Shown here piece by piece: positions 60,585 through 64,000 of a stretch of 64,000 nt of DNA. Origin of the DNA: an uncultured Gemella sp. GTDB taxonomy: Bacteria; Bacillota; Bacilli; Staphylococcales; Gemellaceae. Made by a program: the position numbers and the translations under genes. The DNA is taken from positions 5,561 through 69,560 of the forward strand of contig CALHQV010000132.1 of the NCBI GenBank assembly GCA_938038035.1, written 5' to 3'. The notes beneath the pieces are model-generated. The model saw only the letters and a list, made by a program, of their open reading frames with translations, was not told the DNA's origin and ran no database searches. How positions within the stretch are numbered: the first letter of the stretch is position 1; the number at the start of each line of letters is the position of its first letter.

Positions 60585-62144
60585 ATGAGTTTATTTGACT
60601 TGTCTTCAGAAGAAGATAAAAGCATGGTAACTTCTGGTGTAGAAGGTGACTATGAAGAGCCAGAAGAAGTACATCCAGAAGCAGCCGGTGCCGAAGGTGA
60701 ACAGATTGAACATTTGTCACGTGTATTGAATACTATTGATTCATTAGAATCTGCTCGTGTAACTTACATGGAAATGAAACAAAATGAAGCAGAATATGGT
60801 ATTGAAAGTATGCGTACAATCAATCAAGTTCTTTCTGAACGCATTACTATGGCATACCAAATGAATGGTTTAAAAGAAGAATTCCCTGTACATATTTCTA
60901 CAGAATCTTTCTCTACATTACATGGTTCACGCAATGCCATTACATTGGCATTAGAAGAATTAGATGGTCGTATTGCCGTACTGTCTACAGAAGCCAACCA
61001 CTTCCTAGCTCGATTCTGGCGTAATACTAAAGAGTTCTTTGGTGATGAATTTAAACGTATTGAACGTGTTAAAGACACTATTAAAACTTTGATTGAAGAT
61101 ATTGAAAACGGTACTTTTGTTACTGATAAAACTATTAAAGTAATGAACCCTAAAGCCATTACAATTGGTGGTAATCTGGCTATTGAAAAAGTAATCTCTA
61201 ACATTGAAGAAGGTGTTAAACGTTACTTTGGTAATGGTAAAATCATGAATGAGTATTTCTCTAATCTAGAGAAGTCTTGCGATTTCTATAAAACACTAGA
61301 TTGGACTAATGAAAAAGAAGTAGAAGCAGCTGTTAGTAGAAAGAACTTCTTTACATTAGGTGCTCCTTTTAGAGAAACCAGTGAGAAAAGTGATCGTTTT
61401 AATTACTACGAATGGGAAGTTTCTGATTTAAATGGTATGTCCATTCCAATGCCTAAAGGTAATGCTTCTTTAATTCCTAGTACACCTTATTCTACGCACC
61501 ATGGTAGTCACATGGGTTCTGGCTTTAAAGGTAAAGTAAAAAATACCGAACCTCGTAATTTGCCAGTTATGGATAAAGATAAATTAGTAAAAGCATTAAA
61601 TAGTTTATTAGATTGTTTGGATTCTTTACCTGATACTGATCGGTTAACTGGTTTATCTCGTAATATGAAAAAAGACATTAAGCGATTAACTGAGAAAAAT
61701 ATTTCTCTAGCTGCTAAACAAAATGTTAAAAAAGAATGGGATAAAGATAACTGGAAAGAACTTGCTGGTTCCTTAGTTGTTCCTATTGGTATATTAGCAA
61801 CAAAAGGTCCCGTTGCCGTTGGTGTTTACCTCATGAAACAAGCTGCTGACTTTAATGCTGTGATGGCAGCTGCATCTGGCAATAACGATCCTAGATTAGC
61901 TATTGGTTTAAATGATGCTATGACTTATAGCCATGATAATAAATATATTCAAGGTCTCGGCCAAGGTTTTACCAATACTGTCTTTAAAGGTTTAGTTCTT
62001 AAACAGATGAATGAGTCTTTTGAGAATAAAGTAACCTTGTTCTTTATTGGTCTTTATCGTGAGCTATACGCACTCGTTAAATCTACAGCTAATGGTTTAT
62101 TGAGTTATGGTTATCGATGCATTGGTAAATCTAATAAAATCTAA
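60585..62144 (+). CDS. Inner-body/ejection protein (phiKZ gp93-family-like)
   Basis: Acidic propeptide with GIES, ISTES, ALEE, LSTEA sites; hydrophobic segment near C-terminus. Confidence 0.6.
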   Translation: MSLFDLSSEEDKSMVTSGVEGDYEEPEEVHPEAAGAEGEQIEHLSRVLNTIDSLESARVTYMEMKQNEAEYGIESMRTINQVLSERITMAYQMNGLKEEFPVHISTESFSTLHGSRNAITLALEELDGRIAVLSTEANHFLARFWRNTKEFFGDEFKRIERVKDTIKTLIEDIENGTFVTDKTIKVMNPKAITIGGNLAIEKVISNIEEGVKRYFGNGKIMNEYFSNLEKSCDFYKTLDWTNEKEVEAAVSRKNFFTLGAPFRETSEKSDRFNYYEWEVSDLNGMSIPMPKGNASLIPSTPYSTHHGSHMGSGFKGKVKNTEPRNLPVMDKDKLVKALNSLLDCLDSLPDTDRLTGLSRNMKKDIKRLTEKNISLAAKQNVKKEWDKDNWKELAGSLVVPIGILATKGPVAVGVYLMKQAADFNAVMAAASGNNDPRLAIGLNDAMTYSHDNKYIQGLGQGFTNTVFKGLVLKQMNESFENKVTLFFIGLYRELYALVKSTANGLLSYGYRCIGKSNKI

Positions 62145-62220
62145 CTATTAGATATTTAGACACTACACGGATACCCGTGTAGTGTCTATTTATTACTATG
62201 TTTCAATGTATTCTAGATTT

Positions 62221-62308
62221 TTTCAAACCTATACTACTATAGTGGAAAGAGAGAGGAATCTTTCCATTTTAATTCTTTCAACAAACAACCAAAAGGAGTA
62301 TTACTATG
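62221..62308 (+). promoter_or_regulatory. Early promoter + leader hairpin + RBS cassette (copy 2)
   Basis: Near-identical to 46354-46434. Confidence 0.8.
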
Positions 62309-62863
62309 TTTTTGACATTAAACGTATCTAAAGAGATTTTTGATAAATGGGTTTCTGTAGCAAAAGAAACCCGCGAAGCAGATAATTTCTACGACACACC
62401 TCATGGTCGTAGAACAATTGACGGTAACATCTTTCCACCAATTGTCACACGCGTAACTAAGTTTTATAACCGCGATGATAATGAGGTAAAATGCGGTTGG
62501 ACTACATCAGAAGATGTAGCTCAATATGTTACCTGTGGTGGTAACGCATGGGGAATGAAAGAGGAAGGCGATAAATACATTGCCTACTTCTCAGGTCGCC
62601 GGAGCCGTATTCGTGACTTCATCGAAATGATGAAGGATTCTAACCCAGCATTTAAGAAGGAAAGTGCTGACATCACAGTTTACGAGTCTGCTGCCCCATC
62701 AGATATGCACTGGTGGGAAATCAAGGACGAATACGAAGCACGTAAAGCTGTGGAAAAAGAAGCAGCTAAAAAACGCGCAGCGGATAACCGTCGTAAAAGC
62801 GACCGTCGCTTCTCAAAAGAGAATAACCCGTTCTCTGTTTTAAAAGGAATTCAAAATAAATAG
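62306..62863 (+). CDS. Early hypothetical protein (paralog 1)
   Basis: 185 aa, AAGGAG RBS. Confidence 0.75.
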   Translation: MFLTLNVSKEIFDKWVSVAKETREADNFYDTPHGRRTIDGNIFPPIVTRVTKFYNRDDNEVKCGWTTSEDVAQYVTCGGNAWGMKEEGDKYIAYFSGRRSRIRDFIEMMKDSNPAFKKESADITVYESAAPSDMHWWEIKDEYEARKAVEKEAAKKRAADNRRKSDRRFSKENNPFSVLKGIQNK

Positions 62864-62956
62864 GATTATTTAAGTACAGGGTCTAGAGAGGTACTGCCAC
62901 TATCTCTCTAGCTTACTTAATTCTATTTACCAAACAAACAACGAAAGGAAAGAGAT

Positions 62957-63328
62957 ATGAAATTATTCAAACAAATCAAAGTCAATGCCGACACATTCCA
63001 AAAATGGGTAGAAGCATCTATCCCAGGATTGGAACATGGCTGGTGGGAGATGTTTGTATCCAACCCAGTAACACCATCTGAAGAAGATGATGTATGGGAC
63101 ATAGCTCTCAAATCGGCAATGTCATCGACAGATGTAGAGGTACGTAACATCATCGGTAATGGTGATGTTATGGGTTGCCGAAAATCCGAAGAACACTTCC
63201 ACTGTTTCTTCCTGGGTGACGCAGAACGCGTTAACGCCCTTGAAGAAATGATGCGTGAAGTCGAAGAAAACTTCACGCTCGACCAGTGGCGTGAAATCGC
63301 GGAAGGAATAGAGGTTAGTGTAGACTAA
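62957..63328 (+). CDS. Early hypothetical protein (paralog 2)
   Basis: 123 aa, AAAGGA RBS. Confidence 0.75.
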   Translation: MKLFKQIKVNADTFQKWVEASIPGLEHGWWEMFVSNPVTPSEEDDVWDIALKSAMSSTDVEVRNIIGNGDVMGCRKSEEHFHCFFLGDAERVNALEEMMREVEENFTLDQWREIAEGIEVSVD

Positions 63329-63426
63329 TCTCTATAAATAAGATAGATACAAGTAAAGGCGGCAGTGGCAGTGCTACCTTTACTTATTTAAACTATCTTA
63401 TTTTTTATTTTAAAAAGGAAACTAAC

Positions 63427-63801
63427 ATGAATATTGTTGAAAAAATGTCTCGTACTAATTACGAAGCGTTTGTATCACTTATAACCGACTCAAATAGAGT
63501 GGATAGTAATTGGAGTATTAAGGTAGACGATAGTGAAAATAACTATCCAAGAAACAATAAAACTATTCACGATATATTACTAACAACCGATAAAGTGACA
63601 ATTACCCATAGATTCCAAAACAATGACATTATAGTTGTTTGTAAATCATTTGATAAATACACATTATCTTATCAAGGTAGTGGTAAATATATAAAAGAAT
63701 ACGAGGGATTAATAGATAAGATAGTTGAAGGGAGCACACCTGTCTCATCTAGCATACCAAGTGCGTCATCAACATATAGATATACAAATAGCAGTGAGTA
63801 A
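63427..63801 (+). CDS. Early hypothetical protein (possible paralog 3)
   Basis: 124 aa, RBS, terminator at 63804-63837. Confidence 0.7.
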   Translation: MNIVEKMSRTNYEAFVSLITDSNRVDSNWSIKVDDSENNYPRNNKTIHDILLTTDKVTITHRFQNNDIIVVCKSFDKYTLSYQGSGKYIKEYEGLIDKIVEGSTPVSSSIPSASSTYRYTNSSE

Positions 63802-63859
63802 ATCTATTAGAGAGACAGTAAATACTGTCTCTCTAATAAACATTACTTTAATTTATTTT

Positions 63860-64000
63860 TTAATCTAATTTAGGTAAATGACCTTTTTCAGTAGCCTTCT
63901 TCAAGTAAGACATAAACTTCTTACCAGTCAACCAAACATCTTTATCTCGTTTTGCAGCTTTTTCATAAAGCTTTTTAGGTAAGATGTTTTTAAAGCATTT
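63860..64000 (-). CDS. C-terminus of a basic protein extending beyond the window
   Basis: Open frame ...LPKKLYEKAAKRDKDVWLTGKKFMSYLKKATEKGHLPKLD*. Confidence 0.55.
   Translation of the reverse strand, partial: KCFKNILPKKLYEKAAKRDKDVWLTGKKFMSYLKKATEKGHLPKLD

Noticed and set aside
63886..63898. DUS-like ttcagtagcct
   Set aside because: Imperfect, single and inside a coding frame
1..64000. tRNA or tmRNA genes
   Set aside because: No cloverleaf with T-loop GTTCRA and acceptor stem seen by eye; tRNAscan-SE/ARAGORN would be decisive

Overview
This window is an AT-rich segment of a phiKZ-like, nucleus-forming jumbo phage (Chimalliviridae-type). It holds virion and baseplate genes, a large terminase and both halves of a split family-B DNA polymerase. 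It also holds the phage-nucleus block: putative chimallin, three intron-free non-virion RNA polymerase catalytic subunits plus a probable gp68-like subunit, an SbcD nuclease, ChmC-like and PicA/Imp1-like proteins, and an SF2 helicase. Head/inner-body genes and early accessory genes complete it. Enzyme calls rest on visible motifs; phiKZ gp-number calls rest on recalled synteny and size, not on a database search. The most unusual features are non-coding. Two intergenic regions (4986-5258 and 19810-20218) look like structured late ncRNAs, each starting exactly at the G of a TATG late-promoter motif and ending in a similar hairpin. The second carries a segment complementary over 18-20 nt to the RBS+AUG of the chimallin and nvRNAP genes. 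The first contains a hairpin resembling LSU rRNA helix 62 and lies beside the terminase. Also present are an alternating TAAGTCGCC/GGTAACTTA hairpin repeat family, a duplicated promoter-leader cassette, an H1-like/HTH protein and one frameshifted membrane gene.
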